Positions 1 to 11,714 of a stretch of 64,000 bases of DNA are shown piece by piece. The DNA is from Macrostomum lignano (Eukaryota): NCBI GenBank assembly GCA_002269645.1, contig NIVC01002656.1, positions 210,175 to 274,174 of the forward strand. Direction: 5' to 3'. The notes below the pieces were generated by a model that was not told the DNA's origin, ran no database searches, and saw only the letters and a list, made by a program, of their open reading frames with translations. Position 1 is the stretch's first letter, and every line of letters starts with the position of its first letter. The translations under genes and the position numbers were made by a program.

Positions 1-997
1 AATTGGGTATATTCCAGTGTCAGAATCCAATCAATTGGGTAGATTCCAGTGTCAGAATCCAATCAATTGGGTAGATTCCTGTGTCAGAATCCAATCAATT
101 GGGTATATTCCAGTGTCAGAATCCAATCAATTGGGTAGATTCCAGGGTCAGAATCCAATCAATTGGGTAGATTCCAGTGTCAGAATCCAATCAATTGGGT
201 AGATTCCAGGGTCAGAATCCAATCAATTGGGTAGATTCCAGTGTCAGAATCCAATCAATTGGGTAGATTCCAGGGTCAGAATCCAATCAATTGGGTAGAT
301 TCCAGTGTCAGAATCCAATCAATTGGGTAGATTCCAGTGTCAGAATCCAATCAATTGGGTAGATTCCAGGGTCAGAATCCAAATCAATTGGTTAGATTCT
401 AGTGTCAGAATCCAATCAATTGGGTAGATTCCAGGGTCAGAATCCAATCAATTGGGTAGATTCCAGGGTCAGAATCCAAATCAATTGGGTAGATTCCAGT
501 GTCAGAATCCAATCAATTGGGTAGATTCCAGTGTCAGAATCCAATCAATTGGGTAGATTCCAGTGTCAGAATCCAATCAATTGGGTATATTCCAGTGTCA
601 GAATCGAATCAATTGGGTAGATTCCAGTGTCAGAATCCAATCAATTGGGTAGATTCCAGTGTCAGAATCCAATCATTTGGGTAGATTCCAGTGTCAGAAT
701 CCAATCAATTGGGTAGATTCCAGTGTCAGAATCCAATCAATTGGGTAGATTCCAGTGTCAGAATCCAATCAATTGGGTAGATTCCAGTGTCAGAATCCAA
801 TCAATTGGGTAGATTCCAGTGTCAGAATCCAATCAATTGGGTATATTCCAGTGTCAGAATCCAATCAATTGGGTATATTCCAGTGTCAGAATCCAATCAA
901 TTGGGTATATTCCAGTGTCAGAATCCAATCAATTGGGTAGATTCCAGTGTCAGAATCCAATCAATTGGGTAGATTCCAGTGTCAGAATCCAATCAAT
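1..997. repeat. 32-bp tandem minisatellite (GATTCCAGTGTCAGAATCCAATCAATTGGGTA)n, runs off the window start
   Basis: About 31 near-identical head-to-tail units with no spacers. Confidence 0.97.
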
Positions 998-1440
998 TGT
1001 TTACAATTGCTTATTAAGCGTTTACTAAAGCATTGAATTAGTTTTAATTTGATTTTTTACTTAAATGGATCAAATATCAGTGCTTTCAGTTTGTGAAGTG
1101 CTGCTTTTTGAAGGTCAAAATGCTTCCAGTTTTCAATTACGCAAAAGGGTTTTTTAGCATTTATTGTTGCCTTCTTTCAAGTCATACCATTATAAAAGTA
1201 TGACTAATTAATTGGAATTCTTGTCAACTATTATTCGGTTATATTCTGTAATAGGCAACCGCTTACAAGCGTTTAGTTATTTTGAAATTAAAAAAATAAT
1301 AAAATACTTCAAATCTGTAATACTTTGTTTGTTCAAAAGTTTCAAAGTAGTAGCTAATTTTATTATTTTACTGTTTATTGTTTAGCTAAGATAATTAATG
1401 CATGGGAACTAATCTCTCATGCCTGTCATATAGTACTCAC

Positions 1441-2606
1441 TGGCACCTGTGATATTAGCACACTGGCACCCGTGATATTAGCACACTGGCACCCGTGATA
1501 TTAGCACACTGGCACCCGTGATATTAGCACACTGGCACCCGTGATATTAGCACACTGGCACCCGTGATATTAGCACACTGGCACCTGTGATATTAGCACA
1601 CTGGCACCTGTGATATTAGCACACTGGCACCCGTGATATTAGCACACTGGCACCCGTGATATTAGCACACTGGCACCCGTGATATTAGCACACTGGCACC
1701 TGTGATATTAGCACACTGGCACCTGTGATATTAGCACACTGACACCTGTGATATTAGCACACTGGCACCCGTGATATTAGCACACTGGCACCTGTGATAT
1801 TAGCACACTGGCACCTGTGATATTAGCACACTGGCACCTGTGATATTAGCACACTGGCACCTGTGATATTAGCACACTGGCACCTGTGATATTAGCACAC
1901 TGGCACCTGTGATATTAGCACACTGGCACCTGTGATATTAGCACACTGGCACCCGTGATATTAGCACACTGGCACCTGTGATATTAGCACACTGGCACCT
2001 GTGATATTAGCACACTGGCACCTGTGATATTAGCACACTGGCACCTGTGATATTAGCACACTGGCACCTGTGATATTAGCACACTGGCACCTGTGATATT
2101 AGCACACTGGCACCTGTGATATTAGCACACTGGCACCTGTGATATTAGCACACTGGCACCTGTGATATTAGCACACTGGCACCCGTGATATTAGCACACT
2201 GGCACCTGTGATATTAGCACACTGGCACCTGTGATATTAGCACACTGGCACCTGTGATATTAGCACACTGGCACCTGTGATATTAGCACACTGGCACCTG
2301 TGATATTAGCACACTGGCACCTGTGATATTAGCACACTGGCACCTGTGATATTAGCACACTGGCACCTGTGATATTAGCACACTGGCACCTGTGATATTA
2401 GCACACTGGCACCTGTGATATTAGCACACTGGCACCTGTGATATTAGCACACTGACACCTGTGATATTAGCACACTGGCACCCGTGATATTAGCACACTG
2501 GCACCCGTGATATTAGCATACTGGCACCTGTGATATTAGCACACTGGCACCTGTGATATTAGCACACTGGCACCTGTGATATTAGCACACTGGCACCCGT
2601 GATATT
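1441..2606. repeat. 23-bp tandem array A (CTGTGATATTAGCACACTGGCAC)n
   Basis: About 50 units, with T/C variants CCTGTG/CCCGTG. Confidence 0.97.
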
Positions 2607-3349
2607 ATTACCCTCTCACACGGGATAATAGTACCCTGTAACCCGTGATATCATAACCCTGTCACACGGGATATTAGTGCCCTGTCACACGGGATATTAG
2701 TGCCCTGTCACACGGGATATTAGTGCCCTGTCACACGGGATATTAGTACCCTGTCACACGGGATATTAGTACCCTGTCACACGGGGTATTAGTGCCCTGT
2801 CACACGGGATATTAGTACCCTTATCACGCGGGATATTAGTACCCTGTCACACGGGATATTAGTGCCCTGTCACACTGGATATTAGTACCCTGTCACACGG
2901 GATATTAGTGCCCTGTCACACGGGATATTAGTACCCTGTCACGCGGGATATTAGTGCCCTGTCACACGGGGTATTAGTGCCCTGTCACACGGGATATTAG
3001 TACCCTTATCACGCGGGATATTAGTGCCCTGTCATACGGGATATTAGTGCCCAGTCACACGGGATATTAGTACCCTGTCACACGGGATATTAGTGCCCTG
3101 TCACACGGGATATTAGTACCCTGTCACGCGGGATATTAGTGCCCTGTCACACGGGATATTAGTGCCCTGTCACACGGGATATTAGTACCCTGTCACACGG
3201 GATATTAGTGCCCTGTCACACGGGATATAAGTACCCTGTCACACGGGATATTAGTGCCCTGTCACACGGGATATTAGTACCCTGTCACACGGGATATTAG
3301 TGCCCTGTCACACGGGATATTAGTACCCTGGCACATGGGATATTAGTAC
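2607..3349. repeat. 23-bp tandem array B (CACACGGGATATTAGTGCCCTGT)n
   Basis: About 30 units directly abutting array A, sharing the GATATTAG core. Confidence 0.95.
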
Positions 3350-3509
3350 ACGTGCACCCACGATAAACGGGTAGATACTAAAGCCAAAAAGTGGCGCAGA
3401 AGCTCCTATCATACTAATACATAGGCATTTCTGTATATTACTAATATATCTTTACCATCTCGACGCAACCATTGGGATTTTCAGTTGCAAATCGCCTAAA
3501 GAATCTGTC

Positions 3510-4521
3510 ATGGACGATCTGTCTGAGGAGAACACATTCAGCGTTGACGAAGTGTCCCAGATTATTAAAGAGGGCGTTGAAACTTGCATCGGCACCAGTC
3601 AGTTTCAGCAGAACAAGGTCAATCAGTGGACTTCTAGCATCATTGAGCACTGTCTCAATCAGCTCACTAAGCTGGGTAAGTGCAGTGTTTTAGCTTATTG
3701 CCTAGTCATCATTTGGGTGAAAGATAAGGTGCTACTAAAGTGTCTACTATTGGTATAGTAGTGCGGCGGTAGTGTCTACTATTGGTATAGGAGTGCAGCG
3801 GTAGTGTCTACTATTGGTATAGGAGTGCGGTAGTAGTGTCTACTATTGGTATAGGAGTGCGGCGGTAGTGTCTACTATTGGTATAGGAGTGCGGCGGTAG
3901 TGTCTACTATTGGTATAGGAGTGCGGCGGTAGTGTCTACTATTGGTATAGGAGTGCGGCGGTAGTGTCTACTATTGGTATAGGAGTGCGGCAGTAGTGTC
4001 TACTATTGGTATAGGAGTGCGGCGGTAGTGTCTACTATTGGTATAGGAGTGCGGCAGTAGTGTCTACTATTGGTATAGGAGTGCGGTAGTTTCTACTATT
4101 GGTACAGGAGTGCCGTAGTGTCTACGATTGGTACAGGAGTGCCGTAGTGTCTACTATTAGTACAGGAGTTCCGTAGTGTCTACTATTAGTATAGGAGTGC
4201 CGTAGTGTCTACTATTAGTATAGGAGTGCGGGAGTGTCTACTATTGATTTAGGAGTGCCGTAGTATCTACCAATTGGTATTGTTTCTACCACAGCTCTAG
4301 CAATGACACTGAATGGCACCAGCAGTGGCATTTTCCCAACCCCACTCGCAGGCAAGCCGTTCAAGTACGTGGCTAACTGCGTGATCATGCAAAAGAACGG
4401 GGCTGGCCTGCATACGGCCTCATCCTGCTACTGGGACAACCAGACTGACGGCTCCTGCACCATCAAATGGGAGAATAAGACAATGCACGTCATTGTCACC
4501 GTGTTCGGCTTGGCCATTTAA
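3510..4521 (+). CDS. DYNLT1: Dynein light chain Tctex-type (DYNLT1/3-like), 111 aa, 2 exons: 3510-3675, 4352-4521
   Basis: Spliced protein [15 protein letters not shown]...LTKLG|[55 protein letters not shown]; GTAAGT donor and CAG acceptor, both phase 1. Confidence 0.95.
3740..4277. repeat. 32-bp intronic minisatellite (GTAGTGTCTACTATTGGTATAGGAGTGCGGCG)n
   Basis: About 16 units inside the DYNLT intron, degenerating at the 3' side. Confidence 0.93.
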
Positions 4522-5619
4522 TTCGCCTGTGTTTGGCTAGCCAAACAGCGTGCCTCCTGTGACTCGTTTTGATTTCAACTCTAAAAAATTTTTTGCTCCA
4601 TAGCTTACCCCTATTTTATGTGTGTTTTGACCACAGATTCAAGAATAGCTACTAGATATTTCACTCGCAAAAAATGCACTATACTACTGTTTTTCAGTAG
4701 TGGAATTAGCATTTTTGTCTCCATATTAGTAAAACTAAAATAAATATAAAAAACACAAATAAGTTTACATATAGGGCTGACTATTGAAGTAAAACTTGAA
4801 AAAACCTTTTCAAACTTGAAAAAACGCTTGTGTCTGCCTGACTTTGACCACTCTCCTTACTGCTCTCTCATTGGCTAAGCTAGACTGGGCCTGCCCCACC
4901 CCGAGGCTAAGTTTCGTCCGTCTGACTTTAACTTCTCTCCTTTCTGCTCTCTCATTGGTTGAGCTAGATTGGCTTGCCCTAGGCTGAGTTGAACATCAAG
5001 TTAATGCTCGCAAACCCCGGCCAAAGAAGGAAAGTAAATTTTAGTGGCATTGTGCAGGCAAACTACTGAGAAAAGAGTAGGCGCTCTGCTTTTTTCACAA
5101 TTTTAATTGCGAGTGACATATCTAATAATCTAGTATGTGTTTTGACCAACAAAATACTTTGTATTTTTTATATAAATAAGTTAGTAGTTAGTAATAAAGT
5201 AAGTCCGGCACTTTCTTTAACTTACCACAGTTCGCAGAGCTGAGCAACAAGCCGTCCACCCCCACTCTTTTTTGTTTATCTGTTCAACAAAAATTAGCAT
5301 AGACTCAGTGTTTTTTTTTCTATACAGCGTGTCCATGCGTTTCATTCCAAAATTATGACCGAATAAAACCTGTTTGAACATTTGTGCGTTCAATTTTACA
5401 CATTTTAAAAAGTAAAAAACACTTTAAGCCTGTTATAATAATACTGAACTTAATTCTCTAATTCCCTCTAATTTACTGATTAGTTGTTTTTTTCTTTCGA
5501 ATACAAATAACATGTTTTCAACGAAGTGTTGCATAAAATTTTAAGCTGCTTTACGAGCTAAGTTGATAATTCTATCCGGACTCTGACTTCTCATCTTGTT
5601 AGCTTAGATTGGGTTGATT

Positions 5620-5968
5620 GAATCGGATAAAGCTTTGTTGATAGACTCTATGGATAGATTTTGTGGCTAGACCTTGGATGAACTTTGTGGATAGACGCTG
5701 AGATGCCCTAGATAGACTAGGGATAGACTTTGTGGAGAGACCTTGTGGATAAAAACTCTGAATAGACCTTGTGGATAGACGTTGAGGATCGACTTTGCGT
5801 ATAGACTTCGTAAATAATCTGTCGATAGACTTCGTGGATAGACTCTTAATAGACTGTGGACAGACTTTGTGGGTAGACTCTTAATAGACTTTGTGGATAG
5901 ACTTCGTGGATAGACTTCGTGGATAGACTTCGTGGATAGACTCTGAATAGCCTGTTGATAGACTGTGG
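5620..5968. repeat. Degenerate ~13-bp repeat (GATAGACTTTGTG-like)
   Basis: Many GATAGAC motifs at roughly 13-bp spacing. Confidence 0.75.
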
Positions 5969-6098
5969 ATATATTGTGAGGCGCTTCTCTAAAGAAATGA
6001 TCACGTCTCTGGCAACCATTTCTTGACTTCTGTCTGCTCTCTAATTCCATCCTGAGGTCGAATAATCCCTCAACCAGAACAAGCAGCAGAAAAAGTCG

Positions 6099-8462
6099 AT
6101 GAAGACGGACTCAGGGCCAGCGGCGGACGAGAAGCAGCCGCCAGCCGCTGCCCTGTCAGACAGGCTCAGTTTAGGCGGCGGCGGCGGCGGCGGTGGTGGC
6201 GGCCTACGCTTCATCTACCCTGTGCTGCACACGTCTCTGCTGGCGCTAATCTGCACGTTGCAGGAAAGCATCAATCCGAATCGCCTCGGCCTCAGCGTCG
6301 GCAGCGGCATCCCCGAAGGCTCCTATTACAGTCTGGCTGCTGTTCTATTCGACTGGCTGGCTCACATGAGCCTGGCCGGGCAAAGCTGGTCTCTGGCTGC
6401 CAATCTGACACTCGGCCGGTGCTTTGTACTGGAATCGGCTGTGTACGCCTGCGTGCTGGCCACCGTGATCGATGTTGACCACTTCCTGGCTGCTGGCAGC
6501 CTCAATCCATGGGTGAGATTTGGGGAGAGGGCCGTAGCCTAGTGGTCTAGCGCTCTCATTTGCAAGCGGCCCAGGCTCGATTCCAAGTGCAGTCGCATTA
6601 ATTTGGGGCTAAATTGGAATCTCAGCTTGGCTCCGCTCGTGCAATTAACGCCCTTGAGGACCAACCCCCAAGGCACAGTGAAGTGTACATGCCTAGCGAT
6701 AAATCAAGTTAGGGCCGCTGTACACTCCTGTGTGAGTGTGTGCCTGTGCGTATGACTGCGGGGGGAGTCGGCGGAATGGGCAGTAATGCCTCTCGCCGGT
6801 TGTGTGACAATGTCGCTTAAAGTGCGTCATGGAGCACATGCACACAGCACCCCGCCAACATGCTTAACAATAGTTAAGTGTCCAAGATAAATGATTAACA
6901 AAATCTCAATTAAGGCAATTCTTGAGCAGTAGTTCTAGTATACTTTAATGCTTCAATTGTCGGGCTGAGCGACTTGCTGACAGCTTTTCTTGAGGTTGTT
7001 GTGTCGTGCAAATCACGCCCCATTAGGGCCAGGGGCCCGTGCTATAGAATCAGGAGTTAGAAGTTGGAGCTAGGACTCAAGAGTACTCTTGACAAGGAGT
7101 GGATGAATTTTGTGTGCTATAGATTTCAGGAGTTAAGAAGAGTTAGGAGCTATAGGAGTTTTTGCAAGGAGTTCAGCCTAGGAGTGGGGGTGTGTTCAAG
7201 GAGTGTTGCGCAATCGTTTAAGGATGATAGAGAATTGTGTGCTATGTCACAATCCTAACTTTACGGTCCTTAAGGATTGAATCTCAGGAGTGAAAATGCA
7301 AATTGCTCTAAAAATATCATTTGTGAGAGCCGTCGCTGCACGCAGAGGTTCTCTTTGGTGCGTTTAGTACAACCATAACTAAGAATGCGAAGATTGCTGT
7401 GTGCACCGTGTTGGATGTTCGATTCTGTGTCGAATTCTATATGTTAGGCTTGAAAGCTGGATCTCGTTAAGTCTAAAACGCATAGCACTCTCGGCTGGAT
7501 CTTCTTCAAAAAAATTAATTATTGCCTTAATTGTCGACAGTGTCCATCATTGTCTCCTTCCTCATCAGAATCCGATTCGCTGTCCGAAAACATTATAATC
7601 CTAGCTTGTCTAAGAGTGAAAATTGGCCCTTGAACTCTTGCTTAGGAGTCAAGAGTTAGGAGCGAATTTTCTCATTCTATAGGACACGCGCTCATAGAAT
7701 CACTCCTAAAAGCCAACTCCTAGCTCCTAGACTTCCTCTCCGAATTCTATAGCATGCCACGGACCTTAATGAGTTCTCCTAAATTCACCCAGGAGTCTCC
7801 TAACGTCCTTAAGGAGCCTCCTAGCTGTTAAAATTTACTCTTGATTCTATAGCACAGAAAAGCCAGCTAGGAGTTAGGAGTTAGGATCCACTCTTAAGGA
7901 TTTAGGAGTTAAGAGTATTCTATAGCACGGGCCCCAGAGCCTAAGACGCAAGATTTATACACGCTCAGTGGTCAGCAGAATGAGCGTGACTGCCGCCACC
8001 TAGCAACTAAAATGACACAATAAAAATCTGCCTTTTCATGTCTTATAAATGTACGAGTCCAAATTTAAAGTGGCCAAAATATTAAAACCTATTTTACAGC
8101 GCGTAATCAACTGTTCAAATTGTCCTCGCGGTGTATTGCACAACAGCCTATTACTGCTGGTCATTGTCGGCCTATTCCTGGCCTATGAGCGGGGTCATCA
8201 GCGCTATCGCGGCAAGCCGCCAGCTGTGCCCGGCCTGGCCTGGCTGACCCTTGTCGCCTGGGGCAGCCATCAGCTGCGCGACGCTCGTCGCCGCGGCCTC
8301 CTATTATGGCCGTTGCAATCTACTCAACCGTTGGGTTTTCACGCCTTTCTACTGTCAATCCTGGGTCTGGCCTGGTCTGTCAGACTGCTGCTGGCCTGGT
8401 TGCGCTACGATGTGCGCAGCATCACTATTAGGCCGCCGCCTGAGGAGCTGCAGCTGGTCTGA
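6099..8462 (+). CDS. TMEM267: Transmembrane protein 267 homolog, 258 aa, 2 exons: 6099-6512, 8100-8462
   Basis: Motifs VIDVDHFLAAGS and WGSHQLRDARRRGLLLWP match TMEM267 (LIDLDHF, WTSHHIRDG.R.GL); phase-0 TGG|GTGAGA donor and TTACAG|CGC acceptor. Confidence 0.85.
6527..6873 (+). mobile_element. tRNA-derived SINE-like element in TMEM267 intron
   Basis: Pol III A-box TAGCCTAGTGG (6535-6545) and B-box GGCTCGATTCC (6574-6584) in a head that lacks a complete cloverleaf; ~290-bp body; 3' end approximate. Confidence 0.6.
7033..7934. mobile_element. Non-autonomous PIF/Harbinger-type MITE (902 bp)
   Basis: 18-bp perfect TIRs GGGCCCGTGCTATAGAAT / ATTCTATAGCACGGGCCC; 3-bp TSD CAG (7030-7032, 7935-7937); subterminal GCTATAG/CTATAGC motifs; no ORF. 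Confidence 0.8.
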
Positions 8463-8534
8463 GTGACGGCTCGGCTCTTTGGAATTTGATTGTCTCGCAA
8501 TCAGGGTGTCATGGCATGTAGGAGGGCAGGAAGT

Positions 8535-10125
8535 GACGAGTGGATGTCTATCCTGAGGATCATGTGTGTGTGAGTGGATGTCTATCCTGAGGATCATGTG
8601 TTGGTGAGTGGATGTCTATCCTGAGGATCATGTGTTGGTGAGTGGATGTCTATCCTGAGGATCATGTGTTGGTGAGTGGATGTCTATCCTGAGGATCATG
8701 TGTTGGTGAGTGGATGTCTATCCTGAGGATCATGTGTTGGTGAGTGGATGTCTATCCTGGGGATCATGTGTGTGTGTGAGTGGATGTCTATCCTGAGGAT
8801 CATGTGTTGGTGAGTGGATGTCTATCCTGAGGATCATGTGTTGGTGAGTGGATGTCTATCCTGAGGATCATGTGTTGGTGAGTGGATGTCTATCCTGAGG
8901 ATCATGTGTGTGTGTGTGTGAGTGGATGTCTATCCTGAGGATCATGTGTTGGTGAGTGGATGTCTATCCTGAGGATCATGTGTTGGTGAGTGGATGTCTA
9001 TCCTGAGGATCATGTGTTGGTGAGTGGATGTCTATCCTGAGGATCATGTGTTGGTGAGTGGATGTCTATCCTGAGGATCATGTGTTGGTGAGTGGATGTC
9101 TATCCTGAGGATCATGTGTTGGTGAGTGGATGTCTATCCTGAGGATCATGTGTTGGTGAGTGGATGTCTATCCTGAGGATCATGTGTGTGTGTGTGTGAG
9201 TGGATGTCTATCCTGAGGATCATGTGTTGGTGAGTGGATGTCTATCCTGAGGATCATGTGTGTGTGAGTGGATGTCTATCCTGAGGATCATGTGTTGGTG
9301 AGTGGATGTCTATCCTGAGGATCATGTGTTGGTGAGTGGATGTCTATCCTGAGGATCATGTGTTGGTGAGTGGATGTCTATCCTGAGGATCATGTGTTGG
9401 TGAGTGGATGTCTATCCTGAGGATCATGTGTTGGTGAGTGGATGTCTATCCTGAGGATCATGTGTTGGTGAGTGGATGTCTATCCTGAGGATCATGTGTT
9501 GGTGAGTGGATGTCTATCCTGAGGATCATGTGTTGGTGAGTGGATGTCTATCCTGAGGATCATGTGTTGGTGAGTGGATGTCTATCCTGAGGATCATGTG
9601 TTGGTGAGTGGATGTCTATCCTGAGGATCATGTGTTGGTGAGTGGATGTCTATCCTGAGGATCATGTGTTGGTGAGTGGATGTCTATCCTGAGGATCATG
9701 TGTTGGTGAGTGGATGTCTATCCTGAGGATCATGTGTGTGTGTGAGTGGATGTCTATCCTGAGGATCATGTGTTGGTGAGTGGATGTCTATCCTGAGGAT
9801 CATGTGTTGGTGAGTGGATGTCTATCCTGAGGATCATGTGTTGGTGAGTGGATGTCTATCCTGAGGATCATGTGTTGGTGAGTGGATGTCTATCCTGAGG
9901 ATCATGTGTTGGTGAGTGGATGTCTATCCTGAGGATCATGTGTTGGTGAGTGGATGTCTATCCTGAGGATCATGTGTTGGTGAGTGGATGTCTATCCTGA
10001 GGATCATGTGTTGGTGAGTGGATGTCTATCCTGAGGATCATGTGTTGGTGAGTGGATGTCTATCCTGAGGATCATGTGTTGGTGAGTGGATGTCTATCCT
10101 GAGGATCATGTGTTGGTGAGTGGAT
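8535..10125. repeat. 34-bp tandem array (GTGAGTGGATGTCTATCCTGAGGATCATGTGTTG)n
   Basis: About 46 units starting ~70 bp after the TMEM267 stop; some units carry an expanded (TG)n. Confidence 0.97.
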
Positions 10126-10708
10126 GTCCATCATAATATCTGATGATCATGAAATGGTCATGCACTCCCGAAACAGCCATATTTGTTTGGGGTTGGGCGC
10201 AACTTTATGTATTCGTATCTCTTTCTCTTTCATATTCTACAATCAACCATGGTTAATTGACAGCACTTGCAGTGCAGGGAGGAAAGCGCTCTCACTCTCT
10301 GTAATGCGTTCTTCCTTATTTAGTTTTTTCTCCAAATGTACAAATATTCTGCCTGAGTATCCGTATTATTCTTTAATCTCCGTACATTGCAGATAGTTGT
10401 TTCAAAAGCACTAAACAACAGCACCTGCATGGGTTACTATTTGTTCCGTTTGTTGCATCATTTTTATCATTTTTTAGGATAATTATGTTAATTTAGCTTT
10501 GTCGCTGAAATATGATCGTCAATAAGAATTTGTAAGTTATAACAGTATTGATAGATTTTAACATAACGCAAATACAGTCACTGGTGATTAATTTTAAGGT
10601 TTGTTTAGGCTCTGATCGCGCCTTTGTGAATCATAGAAATTAAATTTTTAATAGTATATCATTTCAGAGCATTTGTCCGCCACTCCTTGGACTTTGGTGT
10701 TCGAATTA

Positions 10709-11714
10709 CGAAATTATTTTTGGGTGTCCAAAAAGTAGTGATACTTTTAACTGTAGCTCTCATTCTATAGCTTCCTGTGTGATTTAAAATTTTATGAACT
10801 GATAGCGGCAAATCTCTTCTACAGATTGCTTTTTGAATTTTAAAAATTGATACTAGAGAACAAAAGTTATACCCACAAAAGTAACAGTACCTGTACCATA
10901 GAGTTACACAAATTATATCGAAATTTATAATAGTCGACTTCTGCACTCATTCATTAAGATAGCATCGATAAATGTCTTGTTTAAGCAATACCAAAGCCCA
11001 ATTGCAAAATGATGCTCACTGCGACTGACTGAAATTTGTCTATTGACGGGATCATGCGCAGAAAAATAAAGCATTAAATTCATTACTTTACTTGCAAACA
11101 GAGGAGCTTGCATTTTGCAATTCATTCATGATTTCATTGCCCATACTCGACAACACACATGCATGTGCACTCAGTTGTTGCTCAGCAAAGTACCATCTTC
11201 ACTCTCTGGGGTGCTGGCCATAGTGCCTCAGAAATTCACGTAAAACTTTGCTCTGCGCACGGATCCTCTGTGGTCAGCAAAATGACATGAGTTTATCGAT
11301 GGATGGAGCAGTTCAGCGAGGGAAGGACTGACTTGGCAGATCAGCATCGGATGGGGCGGCCATACGTTCATCGACCTGATGTACTGGTGGACTCCATTCT
11401 GAATCTTCTTGACGAGGACTCCCGAATGACCATTAGAGAGATCGCTGACAGGTTGGACAAGCCGAAATTAACAATTCATCGAAGCTTACTCGGAATGGAT
11501 CTCGTGAAGCTCAGCCTATAATTTGTGTAACTCTATGGTACAGGTGCTGTTGCTTTCGTGGGTATAACTTTTGTTCTCTAGTATCAATTTTAAAAATTGA
11601 AAAAGCAGTCTGTAGAGGAGATTTTCCACTATCAGTTCATAAAATTTTAAATCACAGGAAGCTATAGAACGAGAGCTACGGTTGAAGGTTTCACTACTTT
11701 TTGGACACCCCTCG
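10709..11714 (+). mobile_element. Internally deleted Tc1/mariner element with ~200-bp TIRs
   Basis: Inverted repeats 10722-10917 and 11517-11714; right end GGACACCCCTCG|TA; transposase N-terminal remnant QQSTIFTLWGAGHSASEIHVKLCSAHG...YRWMEQFSEGRTDLADQHRMGRP...TIREIADRL (~11190-11521) with an in-frame stop and no catalytic domain. Confidence 0.85.

Noticed and set aside
1-3349. Regular short repeats resembling CRISPR arrays (also 8535-10125 and 40012-41212)
   Set aside because: Units are head-to-tail with no unique spacers, there are no cas genes, and the context is eukaryotic
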